Shown one piece after another: positions 22,918 to 36,589 of a stretch of 64,000 nt of DNA. Under the pieces are notes generated by a model. That model saw nothing but the letters and a program-made list of their open reading frames with translations. It searched no databases and was not told the DNA's origin. Each line of letters begins with the position of its first letter. Within the stretch, counting starts at the first letter, position 1. This stretch comes from Scyliorhinus canicula (Eukaryota), in contig NC_052146.1 of the NCBI RefSeq assembly GCF_902713615.1, forward strand, positions 71,071,238 through 71,135,237. The letters are read 5' to 3'. The position numbers and the translations under genes were made by a program.

Positions 22918-24560
22918 ATGGACAGAGACAAAAGGAAACTGTTAGATTTGGCAAAAACACTGCAGTTAACATTACCTGACAAAATGCGAAAAGATGAGAT
23001 AATTATGGCGGTGGCTCAGCATTTAAAGTTGCCTGAGATACAGTTTGACTCATTGGAAATGGCAAAAATTCAGTTACAAATAAAACAAATGGAACATGAG
23101 AAAGAATTAAAGCAGCTTGTAGATGAAAGCGATAGAGAGGAAAAAGAAAGAGAGAGAGAGGAAAAAGAAAAGGAGAGAGAAGAAAGGCGAAAAGAAAGAA
23201 TAGCCCTAGCAGAACAAAAAAAAGAGAAAGGGAGATACAGATCAGGGATAAAGATAAAGAGAGAGAGTTCGAACTTCAGAAAATGGCCATGAAACATCAC
23301 AGCCAGTTAAAATTGGCAGACGTAAAGGGAAATGTACAATTGGATGATAGCGATGAGGATAGCGAAAGAGCGTCACAGTCGAAGGCTTGATGGGGATCTA
23401 TTTATATATGTCCCAAGCATTGCCAAGGTTTGATCAGAAAGAGGTAGAGCCTTTTTAATTTCATTTGAGAAGGTAGCTAAACAACTGAAGTGGCCACAAG
23501 ACATGTGGGTATTACTGATTCAAACAAAACTGGTGGTCGGGCTAGTGAAGTGTTTGCATAATTACCAGAGGAGGTATCTGGGACGTATGAGGAGGTGTAA
23601 AAGTCCATCTTAGGTGCATATGAACTAGTGCCTAAAGCCTCCAGACAAAGGTTTCGAAATTTAAGGAAAACATTTGGTCAAACGTACATGGAGTTTGAAA
23701 GGCTCAAACAGAGTAATTTTGAGAGGTCAATAAGGGCTTTCAAAATAGACCAAACGTATGAAGCTCTCGGAGAAATTATGCTTTTGGAGGAGTTTAAAAA
23801 TTCAATTCCTGATGTAGTGAGAACTCATGTGGAAGGGCAGAGTGTTAAAACTGCGAGGTTAGCAGCAGAAATGGCAGATGATTATGAATTAGTTCATAAA
23901 TCAAACCTTGGTTTCCGACATCAGTTTCAGCCTGTGAGGGTTAGAAACTGGGGACATGAGAAATACTTAAGTGGTAAAGGTGAAGGTGATCTGGTGGGAG
24001 ATAATAAGGGGAGTGTACCTCAGACTAAAAAAGAAATCCAGAAGGGTGGAAAAGAAATGAAAACTTTCAAATGTTTTCACTGTAATAAACTCGGCCATGT
24101 AAAATCACAGTGTTGGTGGTTGAAGAAAAGCACTGGGAAGGTTGATGTGACAAAACAGGATAAGACAGAGGGGTTTCTTACAGTGGGAAAGGAAAGCCCA
24201 AGTGAAGCTAAGGAGGTGCAAAAGATTGTACAACATGATCAAGAGGTGATTGACAAGAAGGTGCCAGATCTCTTTAAAGAATTTATTTGTGTGGGTAAAG
24301 TTTACTCATGTGTATCAGGAGGAGCAGGTAAAGAAGTCACAATTTTAAGTGTTACGGGAGCTAGTCAATCTTTAATGGTAAGAGATGAGGAGTTATGTAG
24401 TTTGGGACAAATATTGCCAGAAAAGGTGGGAATATGTGGAACTCTGGGTGAGAGGAGTAGTGTTCCATTATATAAGGTAAGGATGGAAAGTCTAGTGAAG
24501 AGTGGTGAAGTGGCAGTAGGAGAACCTATCTTGTCCAGGAATACAGTTTATCTTGGGTAA
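22918..24560 (+). pseudogene. gag (SCAN-like capsid, CCHC knuckle) and protease relic
   Basis: QRFRNLRK..QTYMEF..LLEEFKNSIP (SCAN-like), CFHCNKLGHVKSQC knuckle, ILSVTGASQSL (degenerate D-T-G). Broken by stops and frameshifts. Confidence 0.8.
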
Positions 24561-24941
24561 TGATATAGCTGGATCGCAAGTGGGTGTGTTGCCTACAGTG
24601 GTTGATAAGCCAATGGAAAATTAGACAACTGAAGTGTTGAAGGACGAGTATCCTGGGATTTTTCCGAATTGTGTAGTGACAAGGTCGCAAAGTCACAGGT
24701 TACGACAAGAGGAGAAATCAAAGAGTGAAAATGAAGTGTAAGCATAATTCTCAGAAACGATTTTTGATCAGATGGTTGCAAAAGAACAAGAACAGGTGGA
24801 GGATGAGGCGGATATTTTTAGTTCAGGAAAATTGGCGGAGTTACAACAAAAAGATATAGAAATAAAACAGATGTATCAGAAACATGTACAGAAGAGGAAT
24901 CTGAGTGTGTACCAGAATGTTATTACGGTAAAAATGATGTC

Positions 24942-26100
24942 TTGATGAGAAAATGGAGACCTTTACATATGCAGGCAATTGAAAAGTGGGCAGAAGTTCA
25001 TCAAGTGGTATTGCTGGTAGGGTATAGAAAGGAGGTGTTGCGAGTTGCACATGAGATACCATTGGGAGGTCATTTGGAAGTATGGAAAACTCAAGCTAAA
25101 TTACAAAAACATTTTTATTGGTTGGCACTGCATAAAGATGTAGTAAAATTTTGTCAATCATGTCACACATGTCAAGTGATAGGAGAACCTCGAGCAGTGA
25201 TAAAACCAGCGTCCTTAATACTCATTCCAGCATTTAGGAACCTTTTACAAGAGTCCTAATTGATTGCGTGGGACCACTTCCTAAAACAAAAGTGGGAATC
25301 AATATCTTTTGACTATGATGGATGTGTCTACTACGTTGCCAGAGGCAGTCCCAGTGCATAATATTACAGCTAAAATGATTGTGGAGGTGTTACTTAAATT
25401 CTTTGCTAGATATGGACTACCCACAGAGATACAATCGGATCAAGGATCAAATTTACCTCAAGGTTCTTCAAAGAAGTTATGGATAGCTTAGGAATAAAAC
25501 AATTTAAATCAACTGCGTACGATCCTGAATCGAACAGAGCATTGGAAAGGTGACATCTGACATTAAAGACAATGTTGAGGTCTTATTGTCACGATTATCC
25601 AGAGGATTGGGATAAAGGAATTCCATTCGTACTGTTTGCAATTAGGGTTGCACCGAATGAGTCAACCAAATTCAGTCCTTTTGAACTAATTTTTGGCCAT
25701 GAGATAAGAGGAACACTTAAATTGATTAAGGAAAAATTGGTGAGTGAGAAATCGGAAATTACATTATTGGATTACGTGTCAAAATTTAGGGAATGATTAA
25801 ATAGAGCAGATGAATTGGCTAGACAACATTTAGAAGTTGCACAAAATGTGATGGAACGGGTAGTGGACAAGAAATCCAAAGTTCGTAGTTTTGCCTGTGG
25901 AGGTAGATTTTTAGTGTTGTTACCAGTAGTAGGTGAGCCTTCAAAAGCAAGGTTTTGTGGACCATATCAGATTGAAACGAAATTAAGTGAGGTGAATTAT
26001 GTGGTTAAAAACACCAGATAGAAGGAAGACTCACCGAGTGTGTCATGTGAATATGCTTCAAAGGTATTTTGAAAGGGAAGGAGAGAAAAAGGAGGAGGTT
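24942..26100 (+). pseudogene. Integrase relic
   Basis: AHEIPLGGHL...CQSCHTCQ zinc-binding motif, IQSDQGSN catalytic Asp, STKFSPFELIFG, RFCGPYQI (GPY). Confidence 0.85.
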
Positions 26101-26252
26101 TTAATGATTCAAACTCAAAGTTACGAACCAAATCCAGATGACTGTGAATTTGACATACCTCAACTTAAATTGGAAAATGAGGATGTTCTTAAAAATTGGG
26201 ATAAATTGTTGTGTTAACTTCCAGAGGAAAAACGGACTGACTAACAGAGTTA

Positions 26253-27190
26253 TTGATATCACATGGACAAGTTTGTAGAGGTAAATTGGGAAGTACTAAA
26301 ATGGCTTTCCATTATGTAGATGTGGGAAATGCTGTTCCAATCAAACAACATCCATATAGATTTAACCCTTTAAAATTGGCACAGGTTAACAAAGAGATTG
26401 AGAGCATGCTTAAAAATGGCATCATTGAAGTGGATTACAGCTAATAGAGCTCACCAATGGTGATGGTCCCGAAACCAGACGGTAACCAACGGTTGTGTGT
26501 GGACTATAGAAAGGTTAATGAAGTTACAAGAACGGACTCTTATCCTATCCCACTTTTGGACGATTGCATTGAGAAAGTGGGACAATCAGCTTTTATTTCC
26601 AAACTGGATTTACATAAAGGTTACTGGCAGGTACCTTTATCCGAAAGGGCGAAGGAGATTTCAGCTTTTGTGACTCCAGATGGTATATACCAATTCAAAG
26701 TTATGCCATTTGAAGCACTCCAGCCATATTTCAACGGTTAACTAACAAAGTCGTTTCAGGATTACCCAATTGGGCGGTATACATCGGAGAGCTGGTAATT
26801 TTCAGCCAGACATGGAAAGAGCATTTAAAACATCTGATAGAGTTATTTGATCGGCTTCAGGAGGCGGGTTTGGTGGTAAACCTAGCAAAAAGTGAATTTG
26901 GAACAGCCCAAGTCACTTTCCTTGGCCATACAATCGGGCAGGGTCGAATGGTCACACGGGATGTGAAAGTAACAGTTATTGAGGAGTTCCCGATACTCTC
27001 ATCATAAAGGGAAGTAATGCGATTTCTTGGCATGAGTGGATTTGACCGAACATTTGTGCAAAGGTTTTGTAGCGTGATTGCTCCACTGATGGACTTGCTC
27101 AGTAAGCGTAACAATTCCAGTGGACAACAGAATTTCAACAGGCATTTTACTGCCTGAAAGCTGTGATGACCAATGCTCCTGTGTTGGAGA
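26253..27190 (+). pseudogene. Reverse transcriptase relic
   Basis: PIKQHPYR, RLCVDYRKVN, SKLDLHKGYWQVP, YQFKVMPF; ends at LKAVMTNAPVL with no RNase H recognised. Confidence 0.85.
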
Positions 27191-27480
27191 ATTGCATGGG
27201 ACTCTGATCAGATTGAACTAAAGTATCTGACTTTAAAGAGAAATGCCGAGGTGTAGAGAAATGGATGGATCGTGCAGAGACCTTCTTGTTCAAAGAGACT
27301 GTCAATCAAGAGGGATTCCAGTTGGAAGAAGAAGAAAAAAATGCATTATATTATTATACCTGTTTGCATCTGTTATTTTTTTAAACGAAAACGTATATTT
27401 ACTTTTCTTAAAGGATAGTGAAAAGGTGAAAAATGAAACCATCTTGAAGTTGATGGTTTATTTTTTGGGGGAGGGGCAGG

Positions 27481-28071
27481 TGTCATGTGAGAGTACCTTA
27501 CAAAATGGGTGCTTTTATAGAATAACTTTAGTGGGTGTACCTTTATGAAATGGCTGTTTATTATTGCAGTGATATCTGAGTGTGGGTGAAGCTGGGCTGT
27601 CTGCTTTACTTTCGTTTTTGAGCAAGCTGCTATAGAGTGAGTTTTTAGTTTCGTTTTCAGAGAGAAGTGCTGCAGTGAAAGCCAGCAGATGTGCATGGAT
27701 CTCTCGACAAGCTAAGGAGTGTTCATTTGGGTGATTTCAAAGGGGTAACTGCTCTTATTAGAGAACTTAAACCTGATCTCTGTGTTTAAAGGGTATTTTG
27801 TCTTATGGATGTTGTTTGGGAATTTATTAAGGATTTCTTAGTGTTGTATTCTTTGGGGGTTTTATTTGAATTGATGGTTGCCAAGATGTCCACTGTATAT
27901 TTTTAAAAGGTTAACTTGAGTTCATAGAATAAACATTGTTTTGCTTTGACAACCAGTGTTAGATGTCTGCTGCACCACACCTGTCGAGTGGGCCGCGTGC
28001 TCCCCATACCACAATCTATTAAAAGTTGTGGGTCAGGTGAACTCCATGATACACTTTGGTGTTCTCTAAAC
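27481..28071 (+). repeat. 3' LTR, last ~13 bp missing
   Basis: Roughly 90% identical to the 5' LTR by eye. Stops at CTCTAAAC, where L1 sequence begins. Confidence 0.9.
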
Positions 28072-31000
28072 ATTGTGAGCATTGTGGATTGTACCATCTG
28101 ATATTGCAATTGTATGTAGTTTGAAGTTGATGGTGAAGGTGTTGGCTTTGCGAATTGAGGACTGCGGTCCAGGGGTGATAGGTGAGGACCAAGTGGGGTT
28201 TGTGAAAGGGGCTCAGTTGTCAGCAAATGTGTCGAATCTGCTTAATGCTGAATATGATGCCTCTGGAGGGCAGGAGGTGGAGGGGAGAGGCAATGGACGC
28301 AGAGAAGGATGGAGCCGGGTGGAGTTGGAATATTTGTGGGAGGTGCTGGGGTGGTTTGGGTCCGGGCAGCGGTTTGTGACCTGGGTCCAGTTCCTGTACA
28401 AAGCACTGGTCACAATTGTGTGGATGAACCGAATGAGTGTGGGACATTTTGGGCTGCATTGGGGGATAAGGCAGCAGTGCCCACTCTCCACATTGCTTTT
28501 TACTTTGACTATAGAGCCATTGGAAATGGTGCTTAGAGCATTGAAGGATTGGAAAGTGATTGCGCATGGGCGTATGAAGCATAGGGTTTCGTTGCAGATG
28601 AACGACGTGCTGTAATATATATCTGGCCCATTGGGTGGCATCGAAAGCATTATGGGGATTTTGGAGGACTTTGGCTGGTTCTTTGCGTACAAGTTGAACA
28701 CGGAAAACAGCGAGGTGATCCCGATTGAGGCTAGAGGGCAGGAGAGGAGGTTAGGCGGCTGCCGTTCAAGGTAGTGGGGTGAGCTTCAAATCCTTGGGCA
28801 TCCAGGTCATGCAAGGTGGGGCGCAGTTGCTCATGATAAATTTGACTCGTCTGGTCGAACAGATGAAGGGGAACTTCAAGAGATGGGGTGTGCTGCAAAG
28901 ATGATGGTGCTGCCAATGTTTCTGTTCATACTTCAGAATCTCACGATCTTTGTCCTGAAGTTGTGCTTTAAAAATGTTAATCCGCTGCCCTCTGGCTTTG
29001 TTTGGGCAGAGAAGACCCCGTGGGAAAAAGGGCTTTTTTGGAGCTGGATTGAGGAGGGGGCGGTGGGGGGGTGTTGCAGAGTAATCTTTATTAGTGTCAC
29101 ATAGGCTTACATTAAACCTGCAATGAAGTTACTGTGAAAAAAACCCAGTCACCACAATCCGGCGCCTGTTTGGATACACTGAGGGAGTATTCAGAATGTC
29201 CAATTCACCTAACACGCACATCTTTCGGGACTTGTGGGAGGACACCAGAGAAAACGGGGCAGTAAACATCACCATGGTGAGGGAATGGGTAGTGGGGCAG
29301 GGATTGACATGGTTGGGGGGTGGGGTTTGGAGGCGATTCTTGTGGATGCGCGAGCATAAGGGCATTGTTAACAGTGGCTCTGCTGTACTCGCCGGCCAGG
29401 TACTCCATGCACCCAGTGGTGATGTAGCCATCTAAGATGGCCACCTGCAAAGGACCATGGCTATTATGGCCAACCCAGGACTCAGACAGATACAGAGTCT
29501 ATGTGTATCTGAATCACAGATAACCAGGCCTGATCGAAACCCCCGCTTGTTGCATTTCAGTGGCCCATTTTCTCAGGACAATACAACTCCAATCAAGCAA
29601 CCGGTACAACCACAGACTGATCGGCGCCACTCCCTTTACTCAGAAAGCCCAACTGCCAAGGTCAATGACCGCTAAGGACCCGCCCAGCTATCAAGGCACC
29701 CGCCCCTTTATTGGCCAAAATCAAATCGAAGACAGTGACCAGAGCCCTGCGAACTATTGGCTCCAAGGTTAAGGACCGCCCCAAAGAGCGCAAAATCACA
29801 GGGGGATAAAAGAGGACACAGCCATGTGTTCTCTCTCTTTTGGATCAGGAACAGCCAGCTAAGTTCAAGACCAACGATCGCTACCTGACGGATGACCCCA
29901 GCAGAGACAGAGCCACTTCCTTCGAACCAGCCAAGTGAAATCCAGATTAAGGCCTTATCCATTTGCACAGTGCCGGTCGCCCTGAAGTTAAGTATAGGTT
30001 ATTGTAGCTGATAGGTGCAGTTTAACTCGTAGTAGATATTGTTTTTGCATGTCGACATAACTCTTGTGTATGTAAATAAAACATCTTTTGAACTAACTGG
30101 TTGTGTGGTCATTTGATCGATATAAGGGAAGGCTTGTGGTTCACCAACATTATTAGTAGAGCAACAGTGTTGTCGGCCTTGAGTGATTGGGGACAGTGGA
30201 GGAAGCATTTTGGACTAGAGGGCACTTCGGCGTGGGCACTGAACTGCGACAATTATAATGTTGCACCGGAGGGGCTGGATGCAAGGTTTCAGGGTGGCAG
30301 CAGGCAGGGATTCAGTGATTTGGTGACCTGTTTGTAAGGGGCAGTTTCACAAAATTGGAGGCCCTGGAGGAAGAGTATGAGATGCCCAGGTGGAACAACT
30401 TCAGGTACCTGTAGGTTCAGGGTTTTGTGAAGAGAGATGTATTGTCCTTCCCTGGGTCACCGCCCTTGGGGTTTCAACACAAGGTGCTGTCGAAGGAGGA
30501 GATAGGGGAGCGGACGGTGTCTACAAGGAGCTAATGGATTGGGGGTGGTGGTGGTGGAGGATACAGTCAAAGTGGGGGGAGGAGCTGGGTGGAGACCTGT
30601 AGACCGGGACGTGGTTTGCGGCCCTGCAGAGGGTCAATGCATCCTCGTTGTGTGCGAGGTTAAGCCTTATCCGGTTTAAAGTACTTCACTAGGCGCATAT
30701 GACAGTAGCGCAGATGAGTAAGTTTTTTGAGGGGGAGAGGGTAGCTGCGAGCAGTGCATGGAGAGGCCTGCAAATCATGACCACAAGTTTGGGGCATGTC
30801 TGAAGCTAAATGGGTTCTGCCAGTGATTTGCCGACGTAATGTCCGCAGTGCTGGGGTGAAGGTGGCCCTAGTCCAGAGGTAATGCTCTTCGGAAGACCCG
30901 GGAATCCAGGGGGCCAGAGAGGCCGACGTATTGGCCTCTGCCTCCCTTATAGCCCAGAGGCGGAACTTACTTGGATGGAGGGACTCGGAACCGCTGTAAT

Positions 31001-31320
31001 CGGGGGAGGGGGGGGGAGTGTGGGTGAGTCATGTGGTAGAATTACTGAGGCTGTAGAAGGTCACGTTCGTCTTGAGGGGGTCGGTTGTGGCGTTCGCCCG
31101 GAGGTAGAAGCCGTTCGTTGACTTCTTTAAGGAGGATTGAGGAGTCAGCAAAAGGTGAGGGGGTGGGGAGGGGGTTAAAATAGGGAAGACAGTATAGGAG
31201 GAGGGGGCGAGAGTGGGGACCAGGTGGGGGAGTGGATGTTGGTTATTTATAATGCAGTATAATTTTGCTTCGCCCTCGGTTTGTTTTTTTTATGAAAATG
31301 CCTCAATAAAATATTTTTTG
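28072..31320 (+). mobile_element. Heavily decayed 5'-truncated L1 containing a SINE (~29075-29270, minus) and a solo LTR
   Basis: IGEDQVGFVKG and QQCPLSTLLF RT motifs; AATAAA tail near 31305. Confidence 0.8.
29423..30166 (+). mobile_element. Solo LTR, 744 bp
   Basis: TGTAGCC...GAGCAACA, TATA-like GATAAAAG near 29805, AATAAA near 30075. 4-bp TSD GTGA/GTGT; removing the LTR restores colinear L1 sequence. Confidence 0.75.
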
Positions 31321-33036
31321 AAGAAGGAAACACATGTAGCTGCCGTTTAGCTATTATTATCAGAGAAAGAGTTCCTCAGGCGAGTACATCAGAGATGCAG
31401 GCATGTGCAGGTTACAGGACAGTGGCTGATCAAACAGCTCATTGGCTAATATACTACGCAATTGAATATGGATATTATTGGGATTGTGACGAATCACCAA
31501 TCACGCGCACAAACTAAGGAAGGATTGAACCCGCGCATTGTTTCTGGTAAAATATTGCGAAGAGCTTTTAATCTCGCTTTAATAAACCACTTTAACTTGT
31601 GATTGATCTACATGGATGAAACCAATTTCAACAAAATTCTTGCCTAATTCCTTGGCTAGCAATCAACACCAGAAAATACGAAATGGCTGGACATAAGAAC
31701 ATAAGGAATAGGAGCAGGATAATGGATTTTGGCCTTTCGAGACTGTTGCGCTATTCTGTGTGGGTTTCCTCTGGGTGCTCCGGTTTCCACCCACAGTCCA
31801 AAGACGTGCAGGTTAGGTGGATTGGCCATGATAAATTGCCCTCAGTGACCAAAAAAGGGCAGATGGGGTTATTGGGTTATGGGGATCGGGTGGAAGTGAG
31901 GGCTTAAGCAGGTCGCTGCAGACTCGATGGGCCAAACAGCCTCCTTCTGCACTGTATGTTCCATGTTTATCACTGACCATCCACCTCAACTCCACCTTCC
32001 TGTGCTAGCCCCAAATTCTAGGGCTTTTTGCCTACTACTGATGTTAGCTCAACTGGCTAGCAATTCCCCACATGATGTATTCCTCCTTCTTTCTAATTAC
32101 ATGGTTGTGCCTGCTCTGTGGCAGTCCTTGGAAATTCTAGGATCTATGGATTTTGGAAGCTCGATATCATTGTTCTCTACAGCTACCTCGCTCAAAAAGC
32201 CGAACAGACAGGTCGTCACAATTCATTCAGATTAATTTCAGCTGTGCTACTTGCTAACATATACTGATCCCTTTAATGCATTCATTTTTGCTAAAGCATT
32301 AGTTCCTGATCATTTTTGGCGTGTTTTCCTAATGGAGATTCATCTTCATTGAAGATAGGATCAGGAGGAGGCCTTGTGGCCCTTCGAGCCTGCTCCGCCA
32401 TTGATCACGAAAATGGCTGATCATTGAACTCAATCGCCTCATCCTCCTTACTCCCTGGAGCCTTTGATCACATTCGCCCAAGTGATATATCTAGCCGCCT
32501 CTTCAATATATTCAATGTTTCAGCATCAACTATAGCTAACAGATAGCTAGAATCTGTTTAATGTCTCTGCCATTTTCTTAATTCCATTATGATTTCACTA
32601 TCTTTTGCCTTAATATTTCCACATTCATATTCATTAATCCCTGCCTCTTGATATATATTTCGAAAATCTTAGCATCTGTATTTGTGTCTCGTGTTCGTCC
32701 ACTCTTTCCTCTTACCGTTTGAATGTTTTGGTCCTCCTTTCTGAATTCTAAAATAAACTCTTAATCATCGACCATATAATTGTTTTGGAAACACGAACAC
32801 AGTCACACGGACGGGCGCACACACACACTCTCACACACACATACTTTCACTGTTTGGACAGGGTGAACAGATATTTCACCGACTCCATAACAGTGGCGGA
32901 ATTGTTTTCCAGGCAGCCTTGTGCACTCTTTATTACGTGATCCTGAATAATACCTGAAACGTATTAGATTTGACTGATATTGCAAAAGCAATAAATGATA
33001 CCAAAACTCATATTGTATTTGATCTCAGACCAGTTA

Positions 33037-33042
33037 TTTATT
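33037..33042 (-). terminator. Probable polyadenylation signal of the cluster 2 light-chain mRNA
   Basis: First minus-strand AATAAA after the C stop, ~310 nt downstream; a second is at 32935-32930. Confidence 0.55.
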
Positions 33043-33353
33043 GAACAGCTGCATCATGAAAATCTAATAGTGAGTTGAAACTTAAGTACCAATGGCCACA
33101 TTGTTGCATTTTAAGTATAATTTTCGGATGCACGAAGGTAAATTAATAAACAATGATCTTTCATTGAACACCCATAATATTCCAATTGAAGAGCCATTCA
33201 AAAGAACAAGTCGTAAACGCGAGAAATTCCCGCCGGCATGGCCACTTTCTTAAATTTCTGAAACACAATTAATTTCTACCGTTTTGTCACATGAAAGAAA
33301 TGAATAGGAATGAAAAAGATCCTTCTGGACTGGGTCGAGAGCAGTTTCCCGGA

Positions 33354-33676
33354 TCACATGCAGCTGGATCTGGAGATGGTTGCTCTAAACGGGGTTGCCT
33401 GAATCTCGTGTTTGACCAGACAGGAATAAAGCTCGTGTGAGTTCCACTCTGAGGCTGACAGAGTCAGATAGCTGCTCACACTGAACGTGTTGTCCGCCTC
33501 CTGCTGGATCCGACTGATCTCAACCCCATTCCCTCTGACACTGCCGTCTACAGTCCATTCAATCTCCGCAGCTCCCGGGTTAAACCCGCTCACCAAACAC
33601 ACCAGGGTCGCCGTGTCCTTCGCTGCGATTTGATCCGATGACGGCGGAAGGACGGAGACAGATGGCTTCTGAGGAT
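33354..33676 (-). CDS. IGLC: Ig light chain constant exon, cluster 2
   Basis: Acceptor TTTCCAAAACAG|AT; intact frame ending SRSSCM*. 9 nt differences from C1 (4 replacement, 5 silent). Confidence 0.97.
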
Positions 33677-35968
33677 CTGTTTTGGAAAGAAACTACTGTT
33701 AGTCGTATAAACATTTGATTTGGTTACGCATGAGATTTTCCCGAACCAATAACATTCGAATTCTGGCACTCATTGAGATTAATAAACAAATCCACTTGTT
33801 CATCCGAGAAAGGAGATAGATCAATGGGATATTTGGGGATAGCAGCAAGGTTAAGTTTTAATGACTGACTGGAGCTGAACTGAAATTGATTCTGTTCAAT
33901 TTAACAGACAAAGCAACGCTTGTGCATTATGTTTCACAATGTTACCCCTGAATCTATTGCTGTATGTTTAGCTTCCCTGTCTTCACATTGAGATGCTGCT
34001 TTGCCCGTCTCAGTCAGAAATAGAATTAGATACATTGAACATACAGTAAATTTATTCCAATGTGCTCCATAGTGATGAGCCGTTGATCAGTTTTGCGTCA
34101 GGTTTTTCGGCAATCTGACCGCGCAATCCAGACTGACATTCCAGCGAAGGGAATGTGGAAAAGCCGTTCAGCCAGCCTTTGGATTATAATCAAACCGAGA
34201 TCCTCTACTGACGAACCTAAATTACTCTGTTACTGGATTGGAGGCAGTGGTGGAAGACCGTGCTCTCTGCGTGAAAACAGGTTAATGGGTGATTGGTATT
34301 TTTGATGTTTGTGGGAAATAGGTGACTCTCACGGTGGGGGAATTCATTATGGAGATCTCATTGATTAAATATTTTTACAAACGCTCTGGTATGTTTCGGA
34401 TTCAGGCCGTGAAAAAAATATACTTAATTATGTATGATTCTTGACCTTAAATGTTGTGTTTTGTAGGAGGAGCTAACGGGGAACCCCTGACTGCAACAGC
34501 GTAAAACTGGCGATAAATGAACGGAATGTTTTACACTGAGGTCAGTGGAAATAGAAGTCGGGAGAAATATAAACACCTTTGCGGGCCCCACATCAGCCGT
34601 TTAACATTATCGGTCAAGTTAAACTGCACACTGACATTGCAGGAATGGAAGATTTATGTTTTTAAAATCTATTCCAGCAAAGATCAGCGCTGAGGTTTTG
34701 GGGGAGTTTGGTTCCATTATTAAAGTCGAAAACGCAATAATTAAATATGAGCAACACTATTACTGCAACAGAATTGTTAATTTAAGGCACATTCTGATTT
34801 CTCTGATTATTATGCATCGGAATAACCAACAACTCTGATCAGATTTTCACAGCAGAAATAACAAGATATAATAATATATGCTCAATACACAGAACAATCT
34901 GACAATATTAATAGTTCGAGCACAAAGTCAGAAAACAGAACAAAGAACAGTACTGCACAGGAGCATGTCCTTCGGCCCTCCAAGCCTGTACCGGTCATCA
35001 TACCATCCTTGGCCAAAGCCCTCAGTATTTCCTAGTGCCCTATCCCTCAAAACCTAATGGAGAACTTAATAGTGTCACTGTTCACATGATCACATCTCAG
35101 TTTTAAAAATACTCTGCGCTGACATGAAACTTGGCAAGTTCGTTACAGAAAGGGTCAGGGAGGGATTCGCTATTTTCATTGCAAACACACATACGCTTCC
35201 TGAGAGACGCGTTATTCCTGGATAACTGGACGAATTCCGAGCTTTGCGGAGGTTGTGCCCAAATATATCCATGTGCAATAAGCTAAGAGATTGTTCATTT
35301 CGCGGACATTTATCCTGTGCCCTCAGATAAAGGCAACATTCGGACTGAACATCACTTGTCATTCAAACCGTTACATTCAGTGTAACAATAGTTCAGCTAA
35401 AAGAAGCTAATAAGGAGTTCAGAACGCAGGGCATTGGAGGTTAGATTGACCGTCATGTTTTGATCTTCTTGCTATTAATATGGGGCGACTTATTCGCGCG
35501 ATCCATGTTGCAAAGTACCTGGTGCAGGTAGTTATTATTTAATTGTGTTAACAGGCAGAGAGCTTTGCTGTGGTATTAAGGAAGGGAATGCATAAACATT
35601 GAAGTCCTTCTTGTCACTAACGGAGGTCCACTTTCCCTACAAGGTCACTCGATCGCAGATTAGGACTAAAGGGTTTTACAGATTTCGTTGATCTGACGGT
35701 GCAGAGATTCTGAGGTTTTTTTGCTATTGTGGCTGAGGGAAGGCAGCTCATTGCTGACCAAAATTCCACTCACAACTCATAGACCAGAATACAGAGAACT
35801 GCAAGGTTCAGTTGTTAACTGGTTAACAGGGTAGACTTACATCAGTTCAATTGAATTTATGGCTCTGTTGCTGGAAAGGACATTAACATTTCTTCAAAAT
35901 AAAATATTAAGACAGTATTTTGCTCTTAATCTGAAGTAAGTTTTGAACAATGTAACGGGTTTACTCAC

Positions 35969-36316
35969 TGCCAACACTCAGCTTGGTTCCGCTGCCGAAG
36001 TAGTACGCGCTGCTAACCCACATGGCACAGTAATAGTCCGCGATGTCCTTCGATTCAACGTTACCGATGCTTAACGTTCCTGTGTTGCCGGATTCCGAAC
36101 CTGAAAACCGGTCTGGAACACCCGAGCCTCTGCTCGTGCTGCTTCCCGCATAGTGATAAAGCAGATACCGAGGAGCATTTCCAGATTTCTGCTGGTACCA
36201 ATATATGGTAGTGCTGCCTAAGGTGGCACCAGACAAGGTGCAACTTATTTGGACGGTTCCTCCGAGAGAAGTCGATTTCGACGACGGTTGATTAACTGTA
36301 ATCGCCGCGTTTGAAA
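35969..36316 (-). CDS. IGLV: Germline-joined VJ exon, cluster 2
   Basis: 348 nt open frame ending DYYCAMWVSSAYYFGSGTKLSVG; donor GTGAGT; no RSS. Confidence 0.97.
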
Positions 36317-36461
36317 CTGAAACGAAACAGCATCAGAAATATTAATGTAACTACACTTTAATCAATTGTCGAAACAATTGAGTTTTAACACCCTTGAAAT
36401 TTTGTTCAAGAAACCTCAATAAAGGTGTCATTGCAGTAAATCTACATTTTAAAATACTTAC

Positions 36462-36510
36462 ATGCCAGGCAAAATATGAACACAATGATCGCATGGACCC
36501 AGTCAGTCAT
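36462..36510 (-). CDS. IGLV: Leader exon, cluster 2
   Basis: Identical to the cluster 1 leader; donor GTAAGT. Confidence 0.95.
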
Positions 36511-36589
36511 TGTGAAAAGTTTAAAGAGGCACCGAAGTGTCTGCCAGATATTTGACAAGATGGGTTAACTCCCTGAATCTTTCAGTCTC

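Larger units (their letters stand above)
22105..28071 (+). mobile_element. Gmr1-like Gypsy LTR retrotransposon (gag-PR-IN-RT), decayed
   Basis: Paired LTRs, tRNA-Pro-type PBS TAGGGGCTCATCCAGGAT at 22728, PPT GGGGGAGGGGCAGG before 27481. Integrase lies upstream of RT. Confidence 0.92.

Noticed and set aside
33219-33230. NF-kB-like GGGAATTTCT in the 3' UTR
   Set aside because: It is a single imperfect short motif, and the unit 1 counterpart is outside the window, so conservation cannot be assessed.
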